Position numbers and translations under genes: made by a program. The notes beneath the pieces are model-generated. The model searched no databases. It was not told where the DNA came from and saw only the letters and a program-made list of their open reading frames with translations. DNA of 62,829 nt, counting the filler, from Eubacteriales bacterium (GTDB lineage Bacteria > Bacillota > Clostridia > Oscillospirales > CAG-382), in assembly GCA_045636665.1 (NCBI GenBank). It is 10 parts of 10 records of this genome, joined end to end, with 100 filler letters (N's around TTAATTAATTAA, not from the genome) between each part and the next. Parts side by side here need not be neighbours in the genome. Positions count along the whole stretch, not along the records: positions 1 to 4,295 come from JAZTXY010000057.1; positions 4,396 to 25,685 come from JAZTXY010000058.1; 8 more parts are not named here. One strand, given 5' to 3'. This document shows, piece after piece, positions 1-8,995 of this stretch; position 1 is the first letter of the stretch; each line of letters starts with the position of its first letter.

Positions 1-889
1 CCTTATGCGTCTTTTCGGCGCGGACAGAATTTTGGCGGTCGTTGAAGCACTCAAGATGCCCGAAGACCAACCTATCGACGCGGCAATACTTTCCAACTCG
101 ATCGAAAGCGCGCAAAAGCGCATTGAAGGAACCAACTTCGAGCGCAGAAAGAACGTGCTTCAATACGATGACGTTATCAACCTTCAGCGTGAAATCATTT
201 ACAAGGAACGCCGCGCAGTGCTCGACGGCGATGATATTTCGGGCAAGATAAGCAAAATGGTCGACGATTATATCGAAGAAACGGTTTCGACCTTTGCACA
301 GTCCGAAGTTGCCGACGAATGGGATTTCGACGGAATGCGCAACGCCTTCAAGGGCTTGCTTTCCACCGACGAGGATTTCCATTACAACCAAGCCGAGCTT
401 GGCGATTTGCAAATCTCCGACGTTTGCAAGGTGCTTTCCGACCGTGCACAGGAATTGCTCCAAAAGCAAGAAGAGCTGTTCACCCCCGAAATATTCCGCG
501 AGGTTGAACGCGCAATCCTTCTCCGCAACGTAGATTCCCGTTGGGTAGAGCATATCGACGCAATGGATGACCTTAAGGGCAGTGTCGGTCTTAACGCTTA
601 TGCGCAACGTAACCCCGTTGTTGAATATAAAATTCAGGGCGGCACTATGTTCGAGGAAATGATTTCGGAAATCCGTTCGGGCACAGTCAGAATGATTCTT
701 TCCGCAAGACCGCGCAACGCAAGCACCGAGCGTCAACAGGTGCTCAACGGCAGTGCGAGTATGCAAACCGACGGAAAGAAGGTTAAGCCCACACCCGTGA
801 AAAAGGTTGAAAAGGCAGGACCTAACGATCCGTGTCCCTGCGGAAGCGGCAAAAAATACAAAAAGTGCTGTATGGGCTCGGACAAATAA
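1..889 (+). CDS. secA: Preprotein translocase subunit SecA, C-terminal part (5' truncated)
   Basis: AQKRIEGTNFERRKNVLQYDDV, W.EHIDAMDDLK, YAQRNPVVEYK and C-terminal SEC-C motif GPNDPCPCGSGKKYKKCC. Confidence 0.97.
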   Translation, partial: LMRLFGADRILAVVEALKMPEDQPIDAAILSNSIESAQKRIEGTNFERRKNVLQYDDVINLQREIIYKERRAVLDGDDISGKISKMVDDYIEETVSTFAQSEVADEWDFDGMRNAFKGLLSTDEDFHYNQAELGDLQISDVCKVLSDRAQELLQKQEELFTPEIFREVERAILLRNVDSRWVEHIDAMDDLKGSVGLNAYAQRNPVVEYKIQGGTMFEEMISEIRSGTVRMILSARPRNASTERQQVLNGSASMQTDGKKVKPTPVKKVEKAGPNDPCPCGSGKKYKKCCMGSDK

Positions 890-938
890 ATTGAAAGGCG
901 CGGATTGTTTAACGCAATTCCGCAATAAATAACAAAAA

Positions 939-1586
939 ATGGGATTTGGTATAGCTTTATTGGGATACTGCTGCTTCCTCATGTATGAAATGGGCGGCGG
1001 TGTCCTTGCCGCTCCGTTGTTGGCTTACGGCTTTTTCCTTGCATCGCGTTTGGAAAAAAGCTTTATGAAAGCGGCTGTATCCGCACTGTTTTTACTGCCG
1101 AGAGGCATAATACAGCTTTTGACCGTTGTCGGCGTTTTCGACGTAATCGAAATCCCCACGCTGAACACGGCGACCTATATCGTTCACCTCTTCGCGTGGA
1201 TGTTGATGTCATATTTTTGGCTTACCGCGGTAATAAATATTGCAAGAGAGTGCAACGCGCCTAAGCTTGAACGCACCGCGCGAAACAGAATGGTGCTTAC
1301 GGTTGCGTTTATCGCGCTTTCGCTCGCGGTAGGGCTTATGAACATATTCGGCGTACTCGGCGCGTTCGGCGACACGGTAACCTCGATTCAGTTCATTTTG
1401 CAATACGTTATTATTATTGCAAACATTTTGTTCCTCCACACCTGCTTTGTGCTTATCACAAGCGAAAAGCAATATGAAAAAGACAAGCAGCAGCTTGAAA
1501 AGGAACGAAACGAAGCGATCAAAAAAATGGAAGAAAAAAAGGCGGCAAGGCAGGAAAAGCTCAACCGCAGAAACAGTAAAAAATAA
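939..1586 (+). CDS. Hypothetical integral membrane protein with charged C-terminal tail
   Basis: 215-aa ORF, about 6 hydrophobic segments, Lys/Glu-rich tail; directly downstream of secA. Confidence 0.8.
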   Translation: MGFGIALLGYCCFLMYEMGGGVLAAPLLAYGFFLASRLEKSFMKAAVSALFLLPRGIIQLLTVVGVFDVIEIPTLNTATYIVHLFAWMLMSYFWLTAVINIARECNAPKLERTARNRMVLTVAFIALSLAVGLMNIFGVLGAFGDTVTSIQFILQYVIIIANILFLHTCFVLITSEKQYEKDKQQLEKERNEAIKKMEEKKAARQEKLNRRNSKK

Positions 1587-1619
1587 GCAATTTCAACCGA
1601 AAGGAGCAGGATTTCAAAA

Positions 1620-2903
1620 ATGAGCGCAAAAGAAATAAGCGTTTCCAAAAGAAGCAAAATACTTATCATTCTCGGGTTTTTATTCTTTGTGAATCCCGTA
1701 CCCGCAGGGCTCGATATCCTGCCCGACGTTTTCGGTTGCGCGCTTTTGTTTTTCGGACTTACCCAGCTTTCGTATTTCGACAGCTCCGTTGAAGAAGCAA
1801 AAAAAGTGCTTCTCTATCTTTTCGGTGTAGAAGCAATCCACCTTTTGCTTATGCGGTCGGTATTTTTGACCGAAATCGGCTCGAACCGTATGCTTGCGGT
1901 AACGGCATTTTCGATAGCGCAAGGCATTATTTACGTCATATTTTTCAAAAAGCTTTTCACGGGCATTTCCTATTTTGCAATGCGAAACAATTGCCAAAAA
2001 ACGGTCGAAAATTGTGACGGCGCCGCGTTTTTATCCTATCTCGCCTTTTTCATACGAATAGGCGCATCGCTTTTGCCCGAACTGATTTCGATATTTGAGC
2101 TTCAATTGAATCTCGAGCTCGATTTCGAAACCTACGATGCAATAAACGCGATCGTCGCGGCAAAGCCCCTGCTCGTTATCCTTCTCTCGCTTATCGCCTT
2201 GGGCGTGTCGGTTGCTTGGTTTGTTTCGGTCAGAAGGCTGTTTTCCTCGTTGGATAAGGAATGCGGCAAAAAAATCGACGAAATTTATTCAAGCGAATAT
2301 ACCTCAAAGCCCGAAAAAACACGTCCGAAGAAGCTTCAAGCGGCGGCATATTTCGTTTACTTCGCGGTCATCTTTTCACTCGACATCACCTTCGACGGAA
2401 CCCGTGTTTTACCTGCGTCCGCAATGTTTCTGATATTGTTTATTTCAACCCTTGCGCTCCGTGGCATATCCGATTTCAAAAACACTAAAACCCTTGCAAT
2501 TCCTGCGTTTTTACTGTTACTGATAACCGAAATCTTCCGTGCGGTATTCACTCCCTACGGCGCGATAGTTATCTATGCGACCGAGCTTTGGATCGTCCTC
2601 GTCGGCGCGGTTTTGGCAATAGCGACTGCCACGGTATCGCTTTTTGCGATGCGCGGCTTTATCGCGGATTTGAAAAAGCTTTCAAGCGAGCTTGGCACGG
2701 GCGAGCTTTTCACCGGATTTATGTGGTTTTGCCACTGCGCGGTAACTCTGCTTTGGGCAATCGGCTTTGCGATTCCCTACCTTTTCCCCACGATTTCGGG
2801 CTTCAAGCTCGTTCTTTCGGGACTGTTCATCTGGCAGGCGATAAAAACCGTCGGCGGAATTTGCGAAAAAGAACGGTATAATTATTCGCTTTATCACAAA
2901 TAA
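1620..2903 (+). CDS. Hypothetical polytopic membrane protein
   Basis: 427-aa ORF with about 11-12 hydrophobic segments, upstream AAGGAG, N-terminal DILPDVFG motif. Confidence 0.8.
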   Translation: MSAKEISVSKRSKILIILGFLFFVNPVPAGLDILPDVFGCALLFFGLTQLSYFDSSVEEAKKVLLYLFGVEAIHLLLMRSVFLTEIGSNRMLAVTAFSIAQGIIYVIFFKKLFTGISYFAMRNNCQKTVENCDGAAFLSYLAFFIRIGASLLPELISIFELQLNLELDFETYDAINAIVAAKPLLVILLSLIALGVSVAWFVSVRRLFSSLDKECGKKIDEIYSSEYTSKPEKTRPKKLQAAAYFVYFAVIFSLDITFDGTRVLPASAMFLILFISTLALRGISDFKNTKTLAIPAFLLLLITEIFRAVFTPYGAIVIYATELWIVLVGAVLAIATATVSLFAMRGFIADLKKLSSELGTGELFTGFMWFCHCAVTLLWAIGFAIPYLFPTISGFKLVLSGLFIWQAIKTVGGICEKERYNYSLYHK

Positions 2904-2915
2904 TAAATCAAATTT

Positions 2916-2945
2916 AAGGAGCGTGGCAAACGCTCCTTTGTTTTT
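2916..2945 (+). terminator. Rho-independent terminator
   Basis: AAGGAGCGT-ggcaa-ACGCTCCTT followed by a T-rich tract. Confidence 0.7.
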
Positions 2946-3010
2946 AATTTTTTTGCTGCTAAACGGCAAAAATTCGTCATATAAAATGTTATAAACAACC
3001 TCAAAAAATA

Positions 3011-3039
3011 TTGACACGAATTATTATATATGGTATACT
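3011..3039 (+). promoter_or_regulatory. Sigma-A promoter with extended -10
   Basis: TTGACA (3011-3016), 17-nt spacer, TGgTATACT. Confidence 0.8.
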
Positions 3040-3089
3040 TCTTAATAAGATGGAGATATTCCAAATATTTTTAAAGAAAGGCAAAAACA

Positions 3090-4295
3090 ATGAAGAAATT
3101 CCTCGCAATCCTTCTCTCTGCTCTTCTCGTTGCTGCTGTTCTCGCAGTTCCTGCTACAGCACTCACTTGGGAAGACAACCATACGCAAGACGGCGAAAAC
3201 TTCATCTTCGATAACGCTTACGGCTACGTGTTCGACATCGCATCCGTAAACGGCACCATCACGGGTGAAGATTGCACTGTTATCACCACTGAAGCAGCTT
3301 ACAACACCGCAAACCCCAACTGGGCAGTAAGCGTACTTCTCGCTCCTACTTCCGACGCTAACGTTTACGAAGTAGTTCTCGTTACCGAAAATCCTCAATC
3401 TGCTGCAAAGGGTCTTGAAGCAGGCATCAACTTCAACGATGGCAATATCTGCCTTATCGCTCACTCTGCTTACTCGAACCCCAACGGCACTAACTGGGAA
3501 TCCAAGCTCGCAGCTTTGGCACTCAAGGCAGGCGACAAGGTTACCCTCGCAGGTATCGACCTCGCTGCAGGCACCGTTGATAACGGTACCGTAACCGTAC
3601 AAGACGCTCCCGCTGATAACGTTGTTCCCGAATCCGTACTCCTTACCTCCGGCAAGGATGTTGCAAATCAGGAAAATGTTGCAGCTGACATCACCACCAT
3701 GTGGATCGACACCGACCTCACCGACGGCGTTGCTGAAACCGGCGATTTCGCTGCAGGCATCAAGTGGACTGCTGGTCAGTGGTTCGGCTACTGGTACAAT
3801 GCAGATTCCGACAAGACTCCCAACGCTCCTAACGGCGTTGCAGTTCCTACCGTTGATTTCGGTACCGAACACACCTTCACCTCTGCACGTGTTAACGTAT
3901 ACGTTGGCTCTGACTACAGCGGCATCGTCGCTCCCAAGAGCGTTGCACTCCTCGTTTCCGATGACGGCGAAACCTTCACCGAAGTTGGCAAGACCGAAGT
4001 TACCGCTAAAGAAGGCACCGCTGCAATCGAATGGGTTGAAGTAATTCCCGAAAAGGTTGCTACCGGCCGTTACGCTCGTATCGCAATGGAACTCTCCGGC
4101 TACTGGCTCTTCATCGACGAACTCGAAGTTTACGGTTATGAAGGCAAAGCTTCCACCGGCGGTTCTACCATTGTTAAAGAAGAAATCGCAGTTGACGGCG
4201 ACCTTACCGACAACGGTTGGAAGAACGACGGTTGGACCGAAGTTACTCCCGACAACGGTTTCTGGCAAACTCTCCCCACTACCGAAGACACCCTT
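3090..4295 (+). CDS. Secreted/surface protein with discoidin (F5/8 type C, CBM32-like) domain and probable start of a CBM9/DOMON-like domain (3' truncated)
   Basis: Signal peptide MKKFLAILLSALLVAAVLAVPATA; VDFG...VSDDGETF...GRYARI...FIDELEVYG pattern; IAVDGDLTDNGW; strongly biased codon usage. Confidence 0.8.
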
Positions 4296-4395
4296 NNNNN
4301 NNNNNNNNNNNNNNNNNNNNNNNNNNNNNNNNNNNNNNNTTAATTAATTAANNNNNNNNNNNNNNNNNNNNNNNNNNNNNNNNNNNNNNNNNNNN
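4296..4395. other. Artificial contig linker
   Basis: N44-TTAATTAATTAA-N44. Confidence 0.99.
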
Positions 4396-4397
4396 TG

Positions 4398-4429
4398 TTG
4401 TCTTCCTAAGACCGCTTGGCCTCCGACTT
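4398..4429 (-). other. MGI/BGI sequencing adapter remnant
   Basis: Reverse complement of AAGTCGGAGGCCAAGCGGTCTTAGGAAGACAA at a contig end. Confidence 0.92.
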
Positions 4430-4445
4430 TAATTAAAGTTAAAAC

Positions 4446-4478
4446 AAAAAATCAGGTTCAAAACGAACCTGATTTTTT
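4446..4478. terminator. Bidirectional intrinsic terminator
   Basis: AAAAAATCAGGTTC-aaaac-GAACCTGATTTTTT. Confidence 0.85.
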
Positions 4479-4484
4479 ATATGC

Positions 4485-6038
4485 CTATTTGCTGTCTTTT
4501 TGTTTTTTATACGACGCAACTATTTCCTCAATCGCCTCAATGGTTTTTTCGTCGATTGCATCGTATTCCGAAGCGAAGGTGCCGACCGGCTTTTTGAGCA
4601 TACCGCAAACGGTATCGTAAATGCCGAGGTGATAAATTTCGGCAAGCTCGCAGGTGCGGGTATCGAAAATGATGTCGAGCATTCGCATCGAATCCTCATC
4701 GCGCGAGATTTGATATTGAAGGGTTTGCTCGTAATAAACGGGGTTGAGCTTTTTGTGCGAAACCGCCGAAAGCGCTTCGATAAAGTAACCCGCAATTTCA
4801 AGCTCCTCGCCCTGAACGAACGTCGGAACAACTATGCAGTTTGTCGACCAACAGCCGATTTGCGAGGAATAGCCGTCCTGATGCTCGTCGTACAAGGGGG
4901 TAGGAAGAACACCGAAATCGCTTTCCATATCGCGGATAAGGTCAAGATTCATTATCGCATCCATAAAGAACAGCAATCTGTCTGCCTTAAATTCGGGTAC
5001 AATCGCATCGCGCACGGGCACGTTGCTCACGCTGAAATAATCGTTTGCCGAAATAAATCCGCCTTGGGGATCCTGCAAATATTCTTGCGCGTTAGAGATT
5101 ACGTTGATTGCTCTTTCGTTGTAAACGGTAAGCTTGGGGAATCCGTTTTCAATGGAAATAATCTGTTCGCCTGCAGCGGTAAGGAAATTATAAACCGCGC
5201 CGTCCTGACCTGCAAGACCGTTTACATCACCGAGATCGCATTTATTGTTGTTATTGAGGTCTTGATAAACCGATTTTGCCATTTCGAACATAACGTCCTG
5301 AGTCCACGCCTTTTTATCAACCATTTCGTAAAGCGAGGAATAGCCGTATTTATCGGTAAGCTTGTTTGTTTCAGCCATTTTCTTGTTGAACGCAACGAAA
5401 AGGGTTGCCTGCTTGCTGACAGTGCCGATATCGCTTATTGCAAAATAGGTAGCGCCGTCAACGGTCACGCCCTCGTTAAATTCGTGGCACCACCACTCGC
5501 GCGAGAGATCGATATGCGGTACGTCATTGAGGTCGTAAAGCATACCTTCGATCGAAAGCATACTTGCTTCGATAGAGCAGGGCATCGCGAAAACGTAATC
5601 GCCGGTATAGCTCATCGCGTCGGTTTGGATTCGCTTATACATTTCGCCGCCATAGCGCGACCAAGTGTAAACCATTTCCTCCTCAACGGTTATGCCAAGC
5701 TCCTGCTCGACCAAGCGGGTACATTCTTCGCAGGCGGTAAGCACTGCGGTGGTCGTTTCTTCGGAATATTGCTCGTTATTGTTGGGTTGGATTTGATGCG
5801 TTGTGGGGCTTGCCGCAGTGCCGGTTGTAAGCACACGCACGGTTTTTCCGCCAAAATCAAGCTCCTCGGGAATATCAAGACCGAAAAAGCGGCCTTCCTC
5901 CGATACCTCCGCCGAAGCATCTTGATTGCTTTCTGCCGTTGACAAATTTGCGTTTGTCGAGTCCTCGCATCCCGAAACCGCAAGGCAAAGGGCGAAAAGA
6001 ACGAGCGCCAAGAAAAGCGAAAGGATACGTTTTTTCAT
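4485..6038 (-). CDS. Extracellular solute-binding lipoprotein (ABC family 1-like)
   Basis: Lipobox AVSGC, LDFGGKTVRVL, DFGVLPTPLYDE, MLDIIF motifs; start placed at the ATG 6 nt after GAGGTG. Confidence 0.85.
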   Translation of the reverse strand: MKKRILSLFLALVLFALCLAVSGCEDSTNANLSTAESNQDASAEVSEEGRFFGLDIPEELDFGGKTVRVLTTGTAASPTTHQIQPNNNEQYSEETTTAVLTACEECTRLVEQELGITVEEEMVYTWSRYGGEMYKRIQTDAMSYTGDYVFAMPCSIEASMLSIEGMLYDLNDVPHIDLSREWWCHEFNEGVTVDGATYFAISDIGTVSKQATLFVAFNKKMAETNKLTDKYGYSSLYEMVDKKAWTQDVMFEMAKSVYQDLNNNNKCDLGDVNGLAGQDGAVYNFLTAAGEQIISIENGFPKLTVYNERAINVISNAQEYLQDPQGGFISANDYFSVSNVPVRDAIVPEFKADRLLFFMDAIMNLDLIRDMESDFGVLPTPLYDEHQDGYSSQIGCWSTNCIVVPTFVQGEELEIAGYFIEALSAVSHKKLNPVYYEQTLQYQISRDEDSMRMLDIIFDTRTCELAEIYHLGIYDTVCGMLKKPVGTFASEYDAIDEKTIEAIEEIVASYKKQKDSK

Positions 6039-6051
6039 CATAGTCACCTCA

Positions 6052-6600
6052 TTAATTAAGCATTAAACGGTTTTTGCGTAAAACCGTGATTATGGGCGGT
6101 ATCGCAACTATTTGAAGAATGATTCCGGGGATGCTTTGAAGAACGGTCGAGGTCCAAATGAGCGAAAAACCGATTTCTCCCGCGGTTTGGTTTGCGAGTA
6201 TAAGCACGAACATAACCGCGCCCCAAACGAGTCTGCCTGCCACCATTGCGGTGAGAAGAGCGATAAAGGTATAGAAAATGTTCTTATTCAGCTTTTTGTA
6301 AAGGATACCCGCAACGAATGCATAGGTTGCAAGCTCAAACGCCATTGCAAGCGCGTTTGGAATAATAGCCACGGGCGCGCCGAAAAGCATCGACCTTAAA
6401 ATAGGGGTTGCAAAGCCGACAGCCAATCCCCAAGACGGTCCGCAGATAAAGCCGCAAAGCATAACCGCGAAATGCATCGGGCAAAGCGATGCGCCTATCG
6501 TCGGGATTTGCATCGTAAGAAACGGCAACAGCAAGCCGAGCGCAAGAAACATCGAGGAATATAAAAGCCGCGCCAAAGCAACGTTTTTTCCTTTAGCCAT
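6052..6600 (-). CDS. ECF transporter S component
   Basis: LALGLLLPF...LCPMHFAVMLCGFICGP.WG, MAFELATY, MVAGR, PGIILQ; about 6 TM segments. Confidence 0.85.
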   Translation of the reverse strand: MAKGKNVALARLLYSSMFLALGLLLPFLTMQIPTIGASLCPMHFAVMLCGFICGPSWGLAVGFATPILRSMLFGAPVAIIPNALAMAFELATYAFVAGILYKKLNKNIFYTFIALLTAMVAGRLVWGAVMFVLILANQTAGEIGFSLIWTSTVLQSIPGIILQIVAIPPIITVLRKNRLMLN

Positions 6601-6634
6601 AATTATCACCTGCACAATTAAAAATTGTTAATTC

Positions 6635-6699
6635 AGTATATCATTCTTTCCTTTTATTTGCAAGACTTACTTGACAAAAAAGCCAACGAGTTTTACAAT
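6635..6699. promoter_or_regulatory. Divergent sigma-A promoters
   Basis: Minus strand TTGCAA-N17-TATACT (6663-6635); plus strand TTGACA-N17-TACAAT (6671-6699). Confidence 0.65.
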
Positions 6700-6715
6700 A
6701 TAATGGGGTGATTTG

Positions 6716-7204
6716 ATGACGATAAGAAACGCAAAACCGCAAGAGGTCCTTATTATCAAGGATATTTACGAAAGCGCAAAGCTTTTTATGCGCGCAAGCG
6801 GAAATATGCATCAATGGACGGGCGATTATCCGTCGACCGATTTGATTTTGCGCGATATAAACAACGGCAATTGCTTTGTTTGCGAGGAAGATAACGAAAT
6901 TTTGGGTGTTTTTTGCCTTTTTGAAGGACCCGACGTTACCTATGGCAGAATCGATTACGGAAATTGGATTTCAAACGGCGATTATTACGTCATCCACCGT
7001 ATTGCGATGAAAACACACGGCAAGGGCATTGCGCAAAAATGCTTTGATTTCGGGATGTCCAAAAACAACCACCTCCGCATCGACACTCACAAGGACAATA
7101 TTCCGATGCAACGCGCGCTTTTGAAATACGGCTTTCAAAAATGCGGAATAATTTATCTTGAATCGGGCGATGAACGCATTGCTTTCGAGAAAATAGGAGA
7201 ATAA
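6716..7204 (+). CDS. GNAT family N-acetyltransferase
   Basis: QWTGDYP, VIHRIA...GKGIA, RIDTHKDNIPMQ...GF..CG. Confidence 0.9.
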   Translation: MTIRNAKPQEVLIIKDIYESAKLFMRASGNMHQWTGDYPSTDLILRDINNGNCFVCEEDNEILGVFCLFEGPDVTYGRIDYGNWISNGDYYVIHRIAMKTHGKGIAQKCFDFGMSKNNHLRIDTHKDNIPMQRALLKYGFQKCGIIYLESGDERIAFEKIGE

Positions 7205-7205
7205 T

Positions 7206-8981
7206 ATGCTTTTTGGAAGACACATAAACAAATATTACCTTAAATATGCTCCCCTGCTTTTGCTCGGCATACTTTCGCTCGTGCTTGTCGATTATATGCA
7301 GCTTGTATTGCCCGAGCTTTACCGCACCGTCATCAACGGAATTAACGAGGGTACAGTTATCAAGGACGGCGTTACCGTTGCCTTTGATATGGATTTTTTG
7401 CTTGACGAAATTTGCCGACCGCTTTTGTTCGTCATCGTTGCGATGATAATCGGCAGATTTTTGTGGAGAATTTGCTTTTTCGGATGCGGTATAAGAATCG
7501 AAACCTCGCTCAGAAACAGAATGTTCGACCGTTGCCGCGAGCTTGGTCAGGATTATTATCAGCACAACAAGGTCGGTAACCTTATGTCGCTGTTTACCAA
7601 CGATTTGGAAACCGTTCAGGACTGCTTCGGTATGGGCATTATGATGTTCTTCGACGCACTGCTTTTGGGTGTGCTCGCAATCGTCAAAATGTTCAAAATG
7701 GACCCTGTGCTTACCGGACTCGCGATGATACCTATGGCGATAATGCTTATCGGCGGTATGATATTGAGCAGATATATGACGTTGAAATGGAAAAAGCGTC
7801 AAGAAGCATTTTCCGCGCTTTCCGACTTTTCTCAGGAAAGCTTTGCAGGTATCGCAGTTATAAAGGCGTTTGTTAAGGAAACAAAGGAATTACTCGCATT
7901 CCGCAAGCTGAACAAGCAAAACGAGGATGCAAACATCGAATACACCAAGCTTTCGGTAAAGCTCACCGTTTGCGTTACGCTGCTTGTCGAATCGGTCGTT
8001 TGCGTAATTCTCGGCTACGGCGGATATTTGGTATATACCGGCGATTTCGATGCGGGTATGTTAGTTGAATTTATCGGCTATTTCAGCGCAATCGTTTGGC
8101 CTATTATGGCGGTTTCTCAGCTTATCGAAATGAATTCACGCGGTAAGGCATCGCTTAACCGTATCGGCGAATTGCTTGATGCAATACCCGAAATTGCAGA
8201 CCGAGAGGGTGTTGTCGCACCCGAAACGATAAAAGGCGACATTGAATTTAAAAACCTTACCTTCCGTTACCCCTCTGGCGAATACGACGTGCTTAACGGC
8301 GTTTCTTTCAAAATAAACGCCGGTGAAAACGTGGGCATTGTCGGTCGTACGGGAAGCGGAAAAACCACTGTTGCCGATTTGATTCTCCGCACCTATAACG
8401 TGCCCGACGGAAGCATTTTCATCGACGGACACGATATTAACACCATTCCGATAAAATCGGTACGCGATCACGCGGCATACGTACCGCAGGATAACTTCCT
8501 TTTCAGCGACACTATTGCCGAAAATATCGCCTTTGCGTCAGACAACAACGATGCGGAAGCGATAGAAGCATCGGCAAAGCTTGCCGACGTACACGGTAAT
8601 ATTTCGGAATTTCCCGAAAAATACCAAACCGTTTTGGGTGAGCGCGGCGTTACCGTTTCGGGCGGACAGAAGCAACGTATTTCGATTGCGAGAGCGTTGA
8701 TGAAGAATGCCGAAATACTTATTCTCGACGATTCGGTTTCGGCGGTTGACGTTAAGACCGAAAAGGTCATTCTTCAAAACCTTAAGGAAACGCGCAAGGG
8801 CAAAACGACGATACTTATTGCCCACAGAATAACAACCATCGAGGGTATGGACAAGATAATTTTTATCGACGACGGCAAGATTATCGACGTCGGACCGCAC
8901 GCAGAGCTTATTAAGCGTTGCGCGGAATACCGCAATATGGTTGAGCTTCAACGTCTTAACGACCTCGAGTCGGGAATGTAA
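7206..8981 (+). CDS. Heterodimeric ABC exporter, ATPase/permease subunit 1
   Basis: TM domain plus Walker A GRTGSGKT, VSGGQKQR, degenerate Walker B LDDS. Confidence 0.95.
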   Translation: MLFGRHINKYYLKYAPLLLLGILSLVLVDYMQLVLPELYRTVINGINEGTVIKDGVTVAFDMDFLLDEICRPLLFVIVAMIIGRFLWRICFFGCGIRIETSLRNRMFDRCRELGQDYYQHNKVGNLMSLFTNDLETVQDCFGMGIMMFFDALLLGVLAIVKMFKMDPVLTGLAMIPMAIMLIGGMILSRYMTLKWKKRQEAFSALSDFSQESFAGIAVIKAFVKETKELLAFRKLNKQNEDANIEYTKLSVKLTVCVTLLVESVVCVILGYGGYLVYTGDFDAGMLVEFIGYFSAIVWPIMAVSQLIEMNSRGKASLNRIGELLDAIPEIADREGVVAPETIKGDIEFKNLTFRYPSGEYDVLNGVSFKINAGENVGIVGRTGSGKTTVADLILRTYNVPDGSIFIDGHDINTIPIKSVRDHAAYVPQDNFLFSDTIAENIAFASDNNDAEAIEASAKLADVHGNISEFPEKYQTVLGERGVTVSGGQKQRISIARALMKNAEILILDDSVSAVDVKTEKVILQNLKETRKGKTTILIAHRITTIEGMDKIIFIDDGKIIDVGPHAELIKRCAEYRNMVELQRLNDLESGM

Positions 8982-8995
8982 AGGGGGAAACGAAT

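Noticed and set aside
3042..4268. 408-aa antisense ORF (likewise 4500-5942, 21522-22538, 44000-45313, 50220-51473, 60223-61821)
   Set aside because: Shadow ORFs opposite well-supported genes, explained by codon bias; no recognisable motifs or RBS.
6601..6634. Vitamin riboswitch upstream of the ECF S component
   Set aside because: Only about 30 nt lie between the -10 box and the start codon, too short for an aptamer.
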